From assembly GCA_010015585.1 (NCBI GenBank), contig ML975158.1: DNA of 64,000 bases; one strand, written 5' to 3'. Below the pieces are notes generated by a model. It searched no databases, had not been told where the DNA came from, and worked only from the letters and a program-made list of their open reading frames with translations. Each line of letters starts with the position of its first letter. Within the stretch, counting starts at the first letter, position 1. Positions 62,215-64,000 of this stretch are shown piece by piece. Made by a program: the position numbers and the translations under genes. Source of the DNA: Eremomyces bilateralis CBS 781.70. Lineage: Eukaryota.

Positions 62215-63732
62215 CTACTGTTCACCCTCCCCATCCGCGTTCTCCCCCGTCTCCTCCGACGCCTCCCCCTGATTTCGCAGCGAATCCGCTACCCAATCCT
62301 TCAACCGCTCCCAGCGACTCCGATTCAACTTATTGCTCAGCGTCCGATAATTGTACATCTCGCCCCAGCAATCGCGGCCCCACTCGCAGCCGGCCATGTT
62401 GACGACGAAGTCGCGCGCGGACTCCTGATAGTGGATGTGGGGATCGTCGCCCTCGCCGCAGGCGCCGGGGGGGAAGGAGTTAAGTTTGCGCTGGGGGATG
62501 AAGGCGACGTGGGGGCGGACCCAGGGCTGGTGGCGGTAGAGGTGCTCGAGGGCGTCCTGCTCTTTATGTTCCCAGTCCATGTGCTTCTGCTCGTAGCCGA
62601 CGGGGTCCCACCAGATGTCAAGGAGGCGGTCGGTCCAGACGGAGCGGCGGACGAGGAAGGAGCCGAGGTTGAAGCCGGAGCAGTCTTGCGGGACGATGAG
62701 GTGGATGGAGGAAGGGAGGTTGTCGCCGGTGGGAGAGCGGGTGGCGGGATCGAGGTAGGTGGCGGTGAGGGGGTGGGTGATGTTGAGGGGGTTGTAGTAG
62801 TTAATGTCGCGGTAGGTGTTTTGGGTGAGGTCGGAGAAGATGTGGGATTGGAGGGAGTAGCTGGGTTCCATGATGAAGGTGTTGAGGTCAAGCCACCAGA
62901 ACCTGGTTCACGTCAGAATTATATGGATTTGTTGGAAAAAAAGGGGGCTTACCACTCCGCTTGCGGGTACTTGCGCATGGTGTTGCGGATCGTGTCGACT
63001 TTCTCCCAGCTTTCTCGCCATTCGTGGGCATAGCGTTTCTTCGTGGTCATGTCGACGATTTCCAGCTCGTATCCCCATTTCTTCGCGTAGCGTTTCTTGT
63101 TCTTGATGCTGTCTCGCTCGATCGCCCATTCCCTCGGCCCTTTCCACTCCATGACTCCGCCGCCCTCGTTCGCCGCCAACATGATGACGAAATTGCTTCC
63201 GCCGCCCAACATCGGCGCTCGTCTGTACACTCGATGCAGCGCTGTCCTATGATTAGCCTCCCTTCCAAAGTACCGGAAACCCGAAATACTCACGTGTTAC
63301 ATAAAATAAGAACGCCAAAGCCAACAACACCACCACCACCAACCCCCTCATCTTCATCTTCCGCAACACCCTCCCCCCTAACGTCACCACATCACCCCAT
63401 CGCATCCCTCGCCTCGTTGCCCACCTCCCCCTCCCCAACTTCTCCTTCTCCGCAAACTGCCCCGGCGCAAACTCCGGCAATCTCTGCGATATCCGTCGGA
63501 AATGTCGCGCGAAGAAACCTTGGTTCCGGGTCGAGAACGACGGATACCCGCGCACCTCCGCGCTACGCGCCGCCGCCGTCGCCCACGACACGTCGTTCGC
63601 GCTGCCGTTCATGTAGCCGCTGCTGCCGGGACGAGGAGAGGGGCGGCGGCTGGGCCCTGTGCGTGGGGTCATGAGGCCCGGGGTCGACCAGCCGCCGCCG
63701 CGTTGGGGGGAGGGAGAGCGGGAGAGAGACAT
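62215..63732 (-). CDS. MNN10: Glycosyltransferase family 34 alpha-1,6-mannosyltransferase (Mnn10/GMA12 family), 3 exons
   Basis: MSLSRSPSP..GGWSTPGL; TM helix; LAANEGGGVMEWKGPREWAIERDS; RYAHEWRESWEKVD; W/FWWLDLNTFIMEP; QDCSGFNLGSF; EQDALEH; FVVNMAGCEWGRDC. Confidence 0.94.
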
Positions 63733-64000
63733 GGGGTGGGCAGGGGTGCCGGGGATCGCGGAGAGAGGGTGACCGAAGCGGTCGGGTGGGAGGGAGGAGG
63801 TCGATGCAGAGGTAGGATTTGAGGGATCAGTGAGATTCGATGTTTGGAGGTGGAGGGAGGAGGGCCGTCTGCGATGGTGAGAGTGGGTGGTGGTCGGGGA
63901 TGGGATGGACGCCAGGGTTACGACGCCGCGTAGGGCAGTGGAGGATTGGGGATGGTTGGTCGTGAGGACGGTCGGGATATTATTGAGGTTTTGGTGATAG

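Overview
Intron-rich filamentous ascomycete (Pezizomycotina-type) genomic DNA with about 24 apparently intact protein genes. The core housekeeping backbone includes ERG7, an ornithine cyclodeaminase-like gene, MPG1/PSA1, TFIIIC tau95, PP2A-B56, a fatty-acid elongase, COX Va/VI, GT15 and GT34 mannosyltransferases, a gamma-tubulin complex subunit, SPC3, TFB5, RSM24, DSC2 and a polo kinase. Accessory and decayed material is interspersed: (1) a HET-domain gene broken by two compensating 1-nt homopolymer indels; (2) a near-intact Fot1/pogo DNA transposon with one premature stop; (3) an island at ~44-53 kb with a truncated APH-like kinase head-to-head with an HNH nuclease gene, a 660-nt assembly gap, a P450, a 273-bp TIR (MITE-like) element and a LaeA-like methyltransferase; (4) a rearranged innate-immunity relic at 58.2-60.6 kb, where an alpha/beta-hydrolase half on the minus strand is joined back-to-back to an NB-ARC/TPR half on the plus strand. 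No tRNA, rRNA or CRISPR array could be supported. Exon boundaries were read by eye from GT/AG sites and protein motifs. Family calls come from recalled motifs, not database searches.
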